The notes under the pieces are model-generated. The model was not told the DNA's origin. It saw nothing but the letters and a program-made list of their open reading frames with translations, and made no database searches. A stretch of 64,000 nucleotides of DNA, taken from Lama glama. Taxonomy: Eukaryota. The position numbers were made by a program, and so were the translations under genes. The DNA is taken from NCBI GenBank assembly GCA_028534125.1, contig CM052832.1, forward strand, positions 22,756,001 to 22,820,000. Direction: 5' to 3'. Positions 36,316 through 49,829 of this stretch are shown here, in pieces (position 1 is the first letter of the stretch; each line of letters opens with the position of its first letter).

Positions 36316-37349
36316 ACGCTCTAATCAGTGACACCGCTGTGACTGGGGTGGGAGTGGAAGGCAGAGAGTCCCCCGCCCCTTGCTCACCCCCTGCCTCTCA
36401 TTCCCTTCAAACCCTTCAAACCCTATGTTGTACTTTGTAGGAGCTTCTAGGATTTCAGTTTAAAACCACTGCCAGAGCCAGTGTAGCATCAGCCCAGGAA
36501 ATCAGGGACTAGGTGTGAAGCCTGAGTGATTACCTTCGCCGAGGGCTTAGAAAGTCCAGGCTCACACCAAGGCACTTTTGCCACGTTTCTTTACCTTTAG
36601 TCTGTCATGTAAACTCTTCCTCGTCTGTGCGTGGAGAAGTAACGCAGAGAAATGAGTAGGAGGTTCTTGGCCAAAACAAAGCAAAGCAACACAGAATCCC
36701 ACAGTTTAGAATGTCTTTAAAAAACAGAGGCATATAAGAATGCAGAGTAGACTCTAATGTACCTCCAGGGATATCCTGTCCTTCATGTGCACTGTTGGGA
36801 AGATTTTGTTTTGTTTCGTTTTGTTACAGTGTTTAAATTTGTCAGAGGAATTAAAGAAGAAAACCTATTTGGTTTTTAAATTCTGACATACTTGTTTGAA
36901 AAACCTAGTTTTACTTTGAAATCATGTTTTAAACAAGTGCAGGCATGGTTCTCAGCATCCCAAATCACGTGTCCTGGCAACCGCACTGAGCTCCAGCTCA
37001 GCCTGTGGGAGTCATCGGGGCCGTGCCAGGGAGTCGGGGGCTCTGTGTTGATACTGTCTTGGTGAGCTTCACACCAGGGACTGTATTTTCTGATAAGCTT
37101 ACCTGATAAGGGCATTGAAAATGGTTGGTTTTAGCCATTTACTGGCAAAATGAGTCTCCTTTATGAAAATCCTTTTCTTTCTTTCTTTCTTTTTTTTTTT
37201 TACTTCTTGAAACTCTCAGGAACTGTTTTGGTTGACCGCTAGGAAGAATTAAATAACTTGTTGTCCATTTTAATGTCATCATTGAATGCTGTATTCTCCT
37301 GCCTCCCTACTTGTAGAACCTAATGAGGTTCTGGTTCTGATAGGAGCTT

Positions 37350-37961
37350 ACTTCAGGCCGTTTGCCTCTTTGCTCTCAAATGCATCCTGTGCCCTTTGCC
37401 CTGTATCACCGGCACTGAAACCTGCATCGACTTTCAGGGCTTCTTGGCCAACTTGCTTCCTTAACAACAGGAGGCACTGGTGGGAGAGGGGAGGGTCAGA
37501 GGGAAGGAGGCATCAGATTCATTCCCTGTTTCTTTCTGCCAGGTGAAGTCTCTTCTGTGTCTTACAGTGGCTTCAGCTCCCACTAGTCAGCTCCTCCCTT
37601 CGTGTTCCCAGCTCCCACCAGCTGAACTGTTTGGATGCAAAACCTGACATTCTTGGTTGAATAATTAGTTTGATTTCTTTGAAATCGTGTTTTATAAGAG
37701 CACTTGTGGATCTCAGCTGCAGCATCCCAGTGCACATGTGTGGGGAGCTGCAGTCAACACGGAGGCCCCGCTAACATGACCCCTCTCATCGTCCCTCTAG
37801 CCCTGTGGGTGGTGGGGCCTCACCATGGTTACTATTCACCCACTTCCCTGGTTGATCCATCAGCTCTTCTAAGAACACTGACAACATTTCCCACTATTAC
37901 ATTCCTCCCCTGGAATTATCTAGCATAGGTTTGTTTTCTTAGTTGGAACCTAATTAATACT
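37350..37961. mobile_element. LTR33-like ERVL LTR
   Basis: tttgctctcaaatgcatcc...ctgtatcacc...aggaggcactggtgggagagggagggtcagag at the left and tttgttttcttagttggaacctaattaatac at the right resemble LTR33. Confidence 0.6.
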
Positions 37962-40900
37962 ATAGGAAAATGCTATTTTTTTGACAGGAAGGTTTTCGGA
38001 TACACTCACCATACCACCAGAACTACAAAGGATAATGACATTCTTGGAAAGTGGAATTATCCTGTGCTAAATTGTCTTGCTTTCTTCTGTTTCTTTTATA
38101 GAAAATCTAAACTTTTTATCTGTAGACTATCTGTTTTGCATTGATGCTTGTCCACACATTTGGGTAGTGAGCAGGCTCTTAAGGACTTGAAATCTTAAGT
38201 GGTTCAGATAAGCACGCAGACCATCAGTGCGGCAGAAACAATGGTGCGTCCAGTCCTTCTTGTTGCCTTTTATTTATTTGGTCTTTGCACCAGTGTCTTT
38301 CAAATTTCATGTTAAATGTTTTAAGTGCTTTTCAGAATCAGGAATGCCAGGAGGCTCTTTTGACTCTAACTGAAAATTGATAAAGCCAAATAAAGAAACA
38401 ATGTTCCAAACTGACAGATACCTCCCCTGTTTCCCATTTAAAATACTGGTGCACTTAAAAGGTGTACACAACTTGTAGTTTTTGACCAAAGATCAGTTGA
38501 ACTAAAGGGGAGCTGGGAGTTCGTGCTGGTTGAGTAAGTCTGAAGCTGTGGTTGAACATCTCCAAAGCAGTCTCAAGTCAGATTACACGGAAGCAGAAGC
38601 AGACACCCTGGCAGGACTTGAAACACTCTGCGGTCAGCTATCTTGAACACAAAGGTGGGATGGCTGAGCGCTTGTCTGTGCTAATTACTGTTCAAACCAT
38701 TGGGTAGGATTAGCAGAAGATGCCTGACTCAGGTGGGTCTTCATTTGAACATAATGACTTTGCTCCTTACCACAGCCAATGCTGCAGGGTACAGTAAGGA
38801 GAAAGATAAACACCCATAATTCCTTTTTTTTTTTTTTGAACAGCAGAGAGAATAGCTATAATTTCTTTAGGGAGGGAGTTCAAGTTTTCCATTTTGCTTT
38901 TAAGAAGGACTCAGGAATAAATTAAGTTAGACAGTTTTGCACAGTGCTGTTGACAAAACAAAACAAAAAAAAACCACAAAAAACAAGCCAGAGTTGGTGG
39001 GGTGTGGAGAGGATTCCCCACCCTTTGCTCAAAAAAAGGGGAAAAAATAGACAACCACATAAAGCAAATGAAACAGAAACACAAGCGATCACTCTCTCCT
39101 CCCCCATTCTCCACAAAATAACGAAGAAAAAATCTGTATTTTGTTTTTCAAGGTATAGTAGAATTTTTTTTTTTGAATATGCTTTCAAATCCTCAGGGAC
39201 TTTATAATTTATCAAGAAAGACACATTCTTCCTAATGAAAGGTTACTGACCTTCATGAATGTGACAGTTCAATTACAGCCCATTCATATGCAGAGCAGCG
39301 TTGATAAAGGATTTGGGAAATGTGACTAGCATAGCAAAAAAAAAAAGAAAGAAAGAAAGAAAAATGTCTCAGAAATTATTATTAGTTTTTTAAAAAAATT
39401 TTAATTGTGAAGCAAGAAGAATAAATAAGATTTGCTCAGGTAGTAGACCCTTTTCCTCCCTGCCCCAGCAGCCCATTAGATTTGCTTCAGTGGGTAGGCT
39501 GGCTCTTTCCTTTTTCTTCCTAATATTTCTGTCTTTTTAATCCTTTGAGCCACTCGACCTAACAAATCAGCAAGCCCTTGGGGTTCTGAAATGCAGGGTT
39601 TTAGTTTTTTTTTTTTTCCTTTTCCTTTTGACTGGCAGGGCAAGGTGGAACGTGTCTTAATGCTGCCTCCCGTGGGCTTGGGCCTGAGTGCGTGTACGTG
39701 GGTGGCTGAGAGTATGTAACACTCCCTCTTACAACTCTCCATCCATTTCAGCATCTAAATAGGAGTCAGGCCCTTCCAGAACAGCGGAACAGTTGAGCCC
39801 GATTCTGGCTCCACTCACTGGGGCCGGCCTTAGCCAGACTTGGGTGACACCTGTGAGCTGCTGTTTGCTGCGCTCCACTAGGTGTGGGAGAGAAAATCCT
39901 TTTGCCACTTTGTAAATCAGCCCAGAACGTCCCTCAGCCCGAGATCTCTGGAACATCCCAGAACCGGATTCTTTTTCAGCAGCTGTTTGTAGGGATTCTC
40001 TTTTAACAATAAAATTTTCATTCAAAATAAGACAATAAGCATCAAAATAGAAAGTTCCCCTTGGGATATAACCAATATAAATATTTTAAACAACTTTGAA
40101 TTGTAATCATTATTTTCACGTTTAATTCTTTACCTCGGAAATTAACACCAGCCACGTGTGTGTGTGGTATGACCTGTCAAACAGTAAACCATACCGAGAG
40201 CTCTGGAGAACATACGTGTCCCCAACACCCATCCTACTGCCTGGCACATAGTCATTCACTCAGTATTTGCTGAACGAATCCCCTTTCCTGTAGCTGTTCC
40301 TTTCCTCTTCCTGATTGTGGGATAAGCATGCTGGCCTAGTTATCAGTTATACTGCTAAGATATTTACCCACCCTAATTTGTCCTTACAGTTTGCTTGCTT
40401 CCTCTGCTACCCCTGGGCTAAATATTTGGCTTCAAGTCACTTTCAGTCACATTGCATCCTTGAAAATAAGTCTACTGCTGAAAGCATTTTTTAAGGGAAA
40501 AGTTTGAAGTAGTAAAAATAAGGAGAAACGGTGTCAGCGTCAACTCTGTGTATTCCCAGACTGGAAAAAACATAAACCTTTGCCCTCAGGCATTAGTATG
40601 TGAAGTCACAATGTACTGGCAGAAAACTTACAGACAACGGACGGCAGCAAAGATGGCTCTGTTGAGTGTAGCATAACTCGGTTTCTCCACTCCTGCTTCT
40701 TGTGAGCAATATTCTGAAAAGCTTTATCACATCTCTTTGGGAATCAGTATGTTAGGAATTTGCATGGAATGGAATTCATATAAAATCATCTCCAAGTACT
40801 GTTTTCTGAAGTCTGAATATTCCATTTAAAAAAGATCTAACATTTAAATATATTCTCTGAGAAATTAAGATACTTAGAGAATATAATAATTTAAAGACTA

Positions 40901-41456
40901 GAAGGGTAGCCTAAGGTTTAGATTAGCTATGGTAAATATTTTAATGTGTGTCTCTTCTTTTTATTTTGTCTGGTTTTTATTTTGTCCGATATACAATTTG
41001 TCTTACTTAATTTTTAGTATCAAGGGAGGAGATGAGTAATGCTACGTAACACACACACACTTTTATATACTAACAAATACCTTTGATGGCAAGGAAATTC
41101 GCAATTTGACAATAAGATCTTTTTGAATTTTGAAATTAATTTAGGCCACTAAACATGATTGAAATAAGTTTTTAATTATAGTTCTATAAACTTTGTTTTC
41201 TCTAGGTTCACTTTTGTTGAAGTGCCGTTTGTTTTGTGCATAACCTGAAGGACGTAGCAACATGTTAAAAGATGCTCAATAAAAATCTCAGTCACTATTT
41301 TTCTGTGTTTTCAGACCTAAACACATTCAGAATTCTGGCATAGTTTTAAAGCAGTTTTGACTCAGTGCTGTGAGAAGGTGGATTTGGAATTTTAAAAAGT
41401 CACCCAGATCAGAGCTGCATGCTTGATACCTCTTGATACTGTTCCTGAGGGTTCTT

Positions 41457-41512
41457 CTAAATATCTTTTTTCAAATTTGTTAAACCTAAATATCTTTTTT
41501 CAAATTTGTTAA
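41457..41512. repeat. Perfect 27-bp direct duplication (period 29)
   Basis: ctaaatatcttttttcaaatttgttaa at 41457-41483 and 41486-41512. Confidence 0.95.
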
Positions 41513-41624
41513 TTTTTAATATTACCCAGAAGCACTAATTATTAACAGACTTTCTTTAAGCAAATACTGTGCATGCAGCACAATATTATATGTTTTATGT
41601 TTCACTGATTAAAAACAAGAGAGT

Positions 41625-41710
41625 TGAAAAGCTGGTAAGTGACGGAGCAGAGCAAGCCCTGAAACCCCGTTTGCCCGACTCCCAAATCTTTTCACTTAGC
41701 CCATTCACTC
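41625..41710 (-). mobile_element. MIR 5' fragment
   Basis: agctggtaagtgacggagcagag...tgaaaccccgtttgcccgactcccaaatc...cttagccca. Confidence 0.65.
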
Positions 41711-41713
41711 CTC

Positions 41714-42300
41714 TGTCAGGAAGTGCACTTAGCAACAAGAACAGGAAATCTAACCCACAGTGGCTTAAATAATAAGAAGATTGTATTGTGTCATACAACA
41801 TGTGACCTCAGGTAGGGTGGCCCTAGCGCCAGGTAATTCAGTAGCTCAAAAATGTCAGAGGACACAGCTTCTCTCCATCTCTCCCCTGCTTTTCTCAGTG
41901 GATGTGCCAAGTCTCCACATGGTCTTGAGATGGCTGCAACAGCTCCAGACATCCCATTCAATGTCCCAAGTCAAAATGTGGTTTAAAAAAACAAAACAAA
42001 ACTCATATTTTTCCTACATACTTTCTAAGAGCCAAGAAACACTTCTCGAAAGCTCTCCTAGCAGTCTTACACTCATATTTCATTAGCCAGAGCTGGGTCA
42101 TATGCGCCCTTTCTAAACAGATCATTGATAATAGGAAATGAAATTACCACAGTTGATTTAGACAAGTCAAAATTTATTGGCTCCAGAGCTGTCTTTTCCT
42201 CAAGGACAAGCTGCATGGAAAAAAAATGTAGGTATCTGAACAAAATTTGGTTTCTTTAGCAAAAGTGGGGCATAGCTCTGGTAGACAGCTAATAAAGTTG
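41714..42300. mobile_element. Ancient MaLR LTR (MLT1J/K/L-type)
   Basis: aacaggaaatctaacccacagtggcttaaataataag...agatggctgcaacagctccagacatc...cattagccagagctgggtcatatg...aatgaaattacca. Confidence 0.8.
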
Positions 42301-43645
42301 GTTATAACAGGACTGTCTCACAGTGAGCAGGGACAAGGTGAAAGACAGGGAAACACCAAAAGGGGAAAGTTGGAGATCAGTGGAAAAAGAAAGAAAAAAA
42401 TAGTAATCTTGTGCATAGCAGGTGTTCGATAATTGCTGATGACAGAAAATGAATGAAATACAACTTACAACAAAGTTAATCTGACACATATTTAATGATA
42501 CGTGTTGTTCCATGACATCCTAGGCCAATAGTTTAGTAGTCCACATAAATAACTGTAATTAGTACTGCTTTTTGACAGATCTTTATAGCTTTTAATCTTC
42601 TGTTGTTAATTAACTAGTTTAAGAACAAGCATCAATGTTCAGAGGCTTTTTTTCCCCACTCATCTTACAAACAGTGGGACTTTAATCATATATTCCCTGA
42701 CAAGCAGTGGAATGGCTCCCCAAGAACTGGGGCGCCCTGTGAGTCCTCTGCTCCCCGACGCCACCTGATGGCGTCCGGGAATGAACAGCCTGCCCCACCT
42801 TCGTTTCCTCAGGGAAGTAACCAGAGCAGCGAGAGCCTGTCAGAGACCCAGGACCTCCTGCAGTCTGGCTGTACCAGCGCTGGAGGCGAGGCTGTCAGAA
42901 AGCACAGCAGTGACTCACTGGTTCCAGATCTTTCCCAACTTTAGTAAGAAGGGAGGGACCAGAGTTTTAGTGCAGGTTCCTGAGCGGTTTCCAGCCGAGG
43001 GACAGAAGGAGCACTGGATGCTAACAGGGAGGCTCCGTTCTGAGTAAAGTGTTTCCTTAAATGCAAAACGAGTGCTGGGGAATCTGCGCTCTCAAGATTC
43101 CTTCCAGCTCCGCCTTCAGGAATTCTACTTCACAGTTTCGCTTCAGGCCAGACTAGTTTAATTCAGTTATGAGCAGACCTACAGAACTGTATCTGAGGTA
43201 ACTTCATACTTCACTGGGAACATTGATTTTAATTAGTGAAGGAGCAGCCTAGAGGTTTAGGTTACCCTCTGTGTGTTGGGTGGCCGATAAAGGACTCGAG
43301 TGTGTAACAGGCTCTGTCAACCCATGTCATCTGAATGTGTGCTGGTTTCCTGAGAAGGGGTGAAGCATCTTGTCATATAGTTTTGTCTTCTTTCTGGACC
43401 CCCGAGCCCAAGTTTAAGTATTTTAAGCCACTCCAAAGGAACTGAGGTCAACGTGACAATTTTATTCTCTATTATTATCATGATGCCATTACAGTTGCTT
43501 TCCTCTATTGGTGGCATAAGAAACCCCTTTGATGCAGTATCATTAGAATGCCCCCAAAATGGCAATTTCTGAGGCATGTCTCTCCTTTCCTTGATTCTGA
43601 AAATGTACTTTCCAGACAATCCCCAACTTTATAAGGTTATTCTCC

Positions 43646-45047
43646 TTTTTTTTTTTTTAAATTGAAGTATAGTCAGTTACAATGTGTCAGTTTCTGGTGT
43701 GCAGCGTAATGTCCCAGGCATGCATATATATGCATATATGTTTTCATTAAAGATTATTACAAGATATTAAATATAGTTCCCTATGCTATACAGAAGACAT
43801 TTGGTTTTTATCTATTTTTATATATAGTGGTTAACTTTTGCAAATCTCAAACTCCCAAATTTATCAGTTCCCACCCCTCTTTCCCCTGGTAGCCATAAAA
43901 TTGTTTACTATGTCTGCAAGTCTGTTTCTGTTTTGTAGATGAGTTCATGAGTGTCCTCTTTTTTCTTTTTTTTTCAGATTCCACATATGAGTGATATCAT
44001 ACGGTATTTTCTCTTTCTGGCTTACTTCACTTAGGATGACAATTTCCAGGTCCATCCATGTTGCTGCAAATGGCATTATTTTATTTTTTTATGTCTGAGT
44101 AGTATTCCATTGTATAAATATACCACAACTTCTTTATCATCTGTCAGTGGACATTTAGGTTTCCATGTCTTGGCTATTGTATATAATGCTACTATGAACA
44201 TTGGGGTGCATGTATCTTTTCAAATTAAGAGTTCCTTCTGGATATATGCCCAGGAGTGGGATTGCTGGATCATATGATAGGTCTGTTTTTAGTGTTTTGA
44301 GGAATCTCCATACTGTTTTCCACAGTGGCTGCACCAAACCACATTCCCACCAGCAGTGTAGGGGGGTTCCCTTTTCTCCACACCCTCTCCAGCATTTATC
44401 GTTTGTGGACTTTAGTGATGGCCATTCTGACTGATGTGAAGTGATACCTCATTGTAGTTTTGGTTTGCATTTCTCTGATAATTAGTGATACTGAGCATTT
44501 TTTTTTCATGTGCCTATTGGCCACTTGTATGTCTTCATTGGAGAATTGCTTGTTTAGCTCTTATGTCCATTTTTGGATTGGGTTTTTTTTTGTTGTTGTT
44601 GTTATTAAGTTGTATGAGCTACTTATATATTCTAGAAATTAAACCTTTGTCAGTCGTATCATTTGCAAATATTTTCTCCCATTCCATAGGTTGTCTTTTT
44701 GTTTTGCTTATAGTTTCCTTTGCTGTGCAAAAGCTTATACATTTAATTAGGTCCCATTTGTTTATTTTTGCTTTTATTCCCACTGCCTGTGTAGACTGCT
44801 CTGGGAGAACATTGCTAAGATTTATGTCAGAGAATGTTTTGCCTGTGTTTTCTTCTAGGAGGTTTATCATGTCTCGTCTTATGTTTAAATCTTTAAGCCA
44901 TTTTGAGTTTATTTTTATGTGTGGTGTGAGGGAGTGGTCTAACCTCATTGATTTACATGCAGCTGCTCAATTTTCCGAGCATCACTTGCTGAAGAGACTG
45001 TCTTTACTCCATTGTATATTCTTGCATCCTTTGTCCAAGATTAATCG
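43646..45047 (-). mobile_element. 5'-truncated LINE-1, same family as 23806-25060
   Basis: Poly-T at 43646-43658 then aattgaagtatagtcagtt; ORF 44619-44948 gives LTPHIKINSKWLKDLNIR...[11 protein letters not shown]...KRQPMEWEKIFAN (L1 ORF2). Confidence 0.96.
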
Positions 45048-46709
45048 TTGTCAAAGATCATTCTTGTTAATTAGCCTTGAACTCCTTAATGGATCTTTTC
45101 CGGGCCATCTGAGACGGGACTACACTGGTCAAGGAAGGTGTTAAAGTGCTGCATCCCTGGTAGCTCTCCGCGCGTGGCCTTGTCTGTGCTGTCATCGTCA
45201 CCCTTCCTTTCCTCCCACTGAAGGCCCCATTGGTCTTTTTACTGTTTCACTGTCGATCTCAAATCCTCACCTGCCCAGTGTGCTTACCACAGACAATGCC
45301 TTGACCAGTGGACAGCCTGCCCCCTCACTCTGCTGGGTGATCCCTCTGTTGGCGCCACACATGACGTGCTACCAGGGAGAGCCTCTGCTCTCATCACCAC
45401 CTCCACCTTCACTGAGACCACTCTGACCTCCAGGCCCTTTCCTAGAGACAAAGTGAGCAGTTACAGAAATGGGGACCCAGACACAACCTGATCCTGCTGG
45501 CTCTTCCCACCTCCCCTCTTGTCCCATCACTCTCTCGGGGGAGCTGAAGAAAGTGGGAATCTTGGAGTCATGTCTTCTCTTTGCTGCTGTGATCTCACTT
45601 TGGCAGGAAGAGTAAGGTGGGAATTCTAGTCTTCCTCAGGGAAGGACTCAAAGATGTGTATCTGTCTTCTTTGGTCCCAAGAGCCTGTCTGAGCTGTCAC
45701 TAAGCAGACTTGGAACAGTTGCTCCAGAGTCGCACTTACCATAGCAGCACATGTGTGCTTGTGAGTATAGACCTCCTTCCAGTCTATACTCAGCCCTGAC
45801 CTCCCAAAACCTGTGCAGATTATGAGTCCCGTTCAGCCAAGATCTCCCTAGTCCTGAGCTGTTCTCAAGTACCAGGTTTTACATTCATCTCATATAACTA
45901 AAGCGAAGGGACTATCATGCACACAAGTTTCTGTGGGAAGGCAGAGCCCAAGAGCATAATTTCGCCTTTCTTTGTGCTTATCTACTCTTTAGAATATGCG
46001 TTATTACCAAAGTACATTTCGAAGATGGAAAACCTGAAAGGATGAAATGATCATAGTATCTTGGTCAAAAATACTAGAAGAAAAGGGGAAGGAAATGTTA
46101 GTAAATATTTGTTAATTGTCACATATTTACTGATTATTTGAAGTGTTTTGCTTAATTGTACTTGATTTTAATAAAATACTCAGTCTAATTGGAGGAGATA
46201 CGCTTCCTGGACGCAACCTGAGCATATGCTTTGTAAGATTAATTAGAAACTGGCTAGTGTGACTTGGTGAGACTAGGTTATATTTCCTGAACTTGAGATG
46301 AGAAATTTTCTTCTGTTTCTTTTAAGCAAGATTCAGGTAGTTCAATAAATGCCACTTAACTGGGGCAGACTTGATCCGGGGGAGTTGCTGAATTGGGAAA
46401 CCAATTACGTCTAATGATAATTAGCATGCACTGCTGCTTAATTGGGATAGGTGGTCCATTGAGCTGGTATCACTGTAGGTAATTAAATGATGCTCTTGGT
46501 GGATAAGATACAGTCTTCTTGATGCTTTAAAGACTGAAGACAGTTTATTTCCTCTCTTGATCATGCTATTGCTGGTTGAGGGGAAATTCATTTTCAAAGT
46601 GATGCTTTCAGAAGTTCTGCTTGTTTTGAAAGGACCTCTTTGTGTGTGGTGTATGTGTGTCTGTGTATTTCTCTTTGTAAATGGACTGATAAGAAATGAA
46701 GTATTATAC

Positions 46710-46800
46710 ATTTTTTCAAATGCAAAGACTGAGACCTGGACAGTTGAGTGATTTCCTCATAGTTGTCACCATATAGTGATTGAACGTGGACAAGAACGTG
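46710..46800 (-). mobile_element. MIR core fragment
   Basis: ttttcaaatgcaaagactgagacctggacagttgagtgatttcctca. Confidence 0.45.
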
Positions 46801-46819
46801 GAATGTTTAATCTTCCTCC

Positions 46820-47010
46820 CTAGCGATACAGCACAGAGGTCTTTCTGGACTGGCAGCCAGGCTCAGAGGGCAGTGGGAGGAGCCTGTCTGGGGGTTGGCT
46901 GCTGTCCCACAGAGATAAGACACTTTGCCTCCCTGGACTTCAGGTGCCACTTCTAGTAAATGAAAGCATGGGACTAAATAGTCACTCAGGCCCCTTCCAG
47001 CTATAAAAAC
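46820..47010 (+). mobile_element. MIR3-like SINE
   Basis: cactttgcctccctggacttcag...gtaaatgaaagcatgggactaaatagtcactcaggccccttccagctataaaa. Confidence 0.6.
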
Positions 47011-48474
47011 AAAAGTGCTTCAATTTGGTGGCATTACTTAAAAATTGTTGAGAAAAAAATCTTCACTGTTAACATTTAAAAAGCATTATTATTAGGTCAG
47101 GTCACTGGCAAAAAGTAGTAGTAATCTCAGGCCACATTTAAAAATGCACACAATGTAGCTGTGTGCTTTTTGTAAGGTTGGGAGAGAGGTGGGGGTGGGT
47201 ACCCATGGAATGATTTTTGTGCTGTGAACAACGCATAAATCACAGAGAGGAAAAGAAAATGAAGGAGATACTCATGAGTCTAGACAACTTGAAAAATTTA
47301 TGGAAATGAAATAGAAGAGGAAAGTAGAAGATAATGAGATGCATTAAGCTCTGGGAAAGGGAGAAAGACTTGGGTGAGGCAGTGATGTAGAACACTGGTT
47401 CCCAGGGGTCCTGCCAGACAAGACGTAGCATTGAGCATGATGGCGATGGAGAAACCAGGCTCTGCCGGGAAGCATGTCCTAATGGCCAAGATAAGACACA
47501 AATAGTAGTAATTAGTGGGATCTGTTCTAAATTGTTTTGACTTAGATATCAGTTTAAGATACTGGATCAAAAGCTAGTTTCATCTATATTTTCCCTATAG
47601 GAGTCAGCATAATACCAAGCATTTGGATCAAGATACCCAGTCATACTAGAAATGTGCTGATTAAATAATGTGTAGCATCCAGCCTCCCCTAGCTCTTGTT
47701 TTCCTGTCTTAATTTGTCTCCCTAAGCTCGTCATTTACACATGACCTCAAAGTAACATCACCATCAGTTCTAGATCGGTGATGACTTATGATTATACTTG
47801 GAAAACTATCCAAATTTGCAGAGTCCTATACTGTCTTTTGAACTTGCAGACTGCTTAAAATGTCTCATTGACCTGCGAACAGTAAACTCTGTCTAAATAC
47901 TTATTTGGGGTCACAGTGTGGAGATAAATACTATAGAAATATACGTAAACGTGCACATACATACACACAGATAGATATAGAGATGAGGATGTAATTATCT
48001 CATATGTTGGAAATGAACACATTTTCAAATGCATATTATTTTATTTTTGAAAAATGATTTTGCTTCACCTGTTAGTCACATCCCAGTTTAAAGCCAGTGA
48101 AATGGCACATTTAGGTTACATTCCTTTATTCCTGTGCGTGTTATTATGTATAGGCTTGTAGAAAGTCAGTGAAACATTGCCAACTAGTTTGAGAGAATGA
48201 ATGTGGTTGATTTAGGAATAAATCAGCAAACAGATAGACATAAAATTGCCAGCGGACTGCTTCAAGTTCAGATGCCACTGTCTTTGTAGAGGAGTTGCTA
48301 ACGCTCATGCATCCAAGAGGGATCTGATGCCAGAGACCCCAAGCTGAAATGGCGTGAACTCCAAGCTCTGTTGTGGAATTTACTTCTGTTTCTTCGTTAA
48401 GAATTTTGCAGATGTAAAATAGACTTCTGGTGTTAACTGACCTTTATCTTATCCCTTATTATTTTATTACTCAG

Positions 48475-48500
48475 ATGGCCCTTGAAGAAAGATATCTTTG
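48475..48500 (+). other. Candidate 26-nt micro-exon
   Basis: Branch-like ttaaCTGAC about 35 nt upstream, AG-free tract to tcAG, donor TTG|GTACGT. Confidence 0.25.
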
Positions 48501-49379
48501 GTACGTAGACTTTCTAAACGTGTCCTTCATCCAGAAAAAACCTGTCCATCTGGAATTAAGGACCCTGGTACAATTGAACCAGCAGTATCTCCTTCAAGTG
48601 TGTTCTCTGCTGTCGCTTGGGAAGTGCAGTCAGGCGCACAGGGAACAGAACTTTGGGGCAACTGCAGTGAACTCTCCAGCCAAGCTCCTTCACCAGGGGG
48701 ACAAGACAGGGCACTGCAGCTTCAGCTTCGTGACCTTTATACTCTGAGTGCTTTACCGCTTGATTAAAACTGTGCTCATGCTTAACGGCAGACCGCCGAT
48801 GGGGTTTATAATAAGGCACAAACACACAGGGAGGTTTATTAGAGGTACTTTGTGTAACCATTTTTCGGGAATATGGTTTTGTTTGAGAAGTTACTAGAGG
48901 CCGGAATGACAACTGTTCTGTAACTCCCTGGTAAGTTTTCCAGATCAGTTCATGTGGAAACCAAATTGCACCTGAGCAAATATTGAAGGGTGTAGCAAAA
49001 GGAAGGAATAGCTTTCATTTTGCAACCACAAATATTACAATAGCTTATGCACATATTTTAGGAAAACATTTTTTCTTATGTGAAACCACTCTGCGTGAAA
49101 TTGCAGGATCAGTTTTGGTGGTGCGGATAACCTCAGTTGTTCTTTCACAACTGTAGCCCCAGGAGAATTAAGATGTGACTGCTACAGAAAAATAAATGGG
49201 AAAAAGGGCTCATCTTCTCTCATCTTCTGCCTTGCCATCTAACAGATAGCATTACTGGTATCATTTTACAGCATGATGGTAGATGGAAAAACACAATCTA
49301 GAAATTGATAAAAGCACTCCAAATCTTACTATAAAAATAGACGATAATCATAAAACAGGGCCAATATTTAAAAACTGCT

Positions 49380-49620
49380 AATGATAATAGTAGCTACTTG
49401 TAGAGTGTTTAATGTTCCGGGTGCTATTCAGAGAGCTCTACGTGGTTTCCATCACTTAATCCTCGCATTTCTGTGAGTTAGGTACAAGTTTTATTCCATT
49501 GCACCACTATGGAAACTGAAGCACAGAGAGATTATGTGTCTTGTTCAGTGTTACACAGACATGGTAGAGTTACAATCCAAACGGAGGCAGTCTGATTCTG
49601 AAGACCTTTCTCTCAAGCCA
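49380..49620 (-). mobile_element. MIR SINE, near full length
   Basis: ataatagtagctac...cttaatcctc...ctgtgagttaggtac...ggaaactgaagcacagagagatt...ggcagtctgattctgaag. Confidence 0.88.
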
Positions 49621-49829
49621 GACATGACAGGACCTCCTTACATGTACTTCAGTTATCAACAGAGACGGCCTTAGGGACCAGAAATGACCTTCTGTACCGG
49701 AGTTCCTATTCCGAAATAAGCTCCAAAAAGTAGGAAGGAACCCCGCCAAGTCCTCCCTGAGCGGCAAGACCCTCTGAGTGATACAAGACCACCTCATATC
49801 TTTCTTTTTTCCTTAGCAAAGAAGACTAG

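Noticed and set aside
41206..41290. Acceptor followed by AATAAA (possible + strand terminal exon)
   Set aside because: gatgctcaataaaaat resembles an L2 3' tail, so the signal may be repeat-derived; there is no other support.
43630..45075. TSD for the third L1 (aaggttattct versus aagatcattct)
   Set aside because: Too many mismatches to call confidently.
44485..45144. 219-aa + strand ORF (also the 200-aa ORF at 24540-25142 and the 111-aa ORF at 896-1231)
   Set aside because: These are antisense frames of L1 ORF2 remnants, a common hydrophobic-looking artefact, not host genes.
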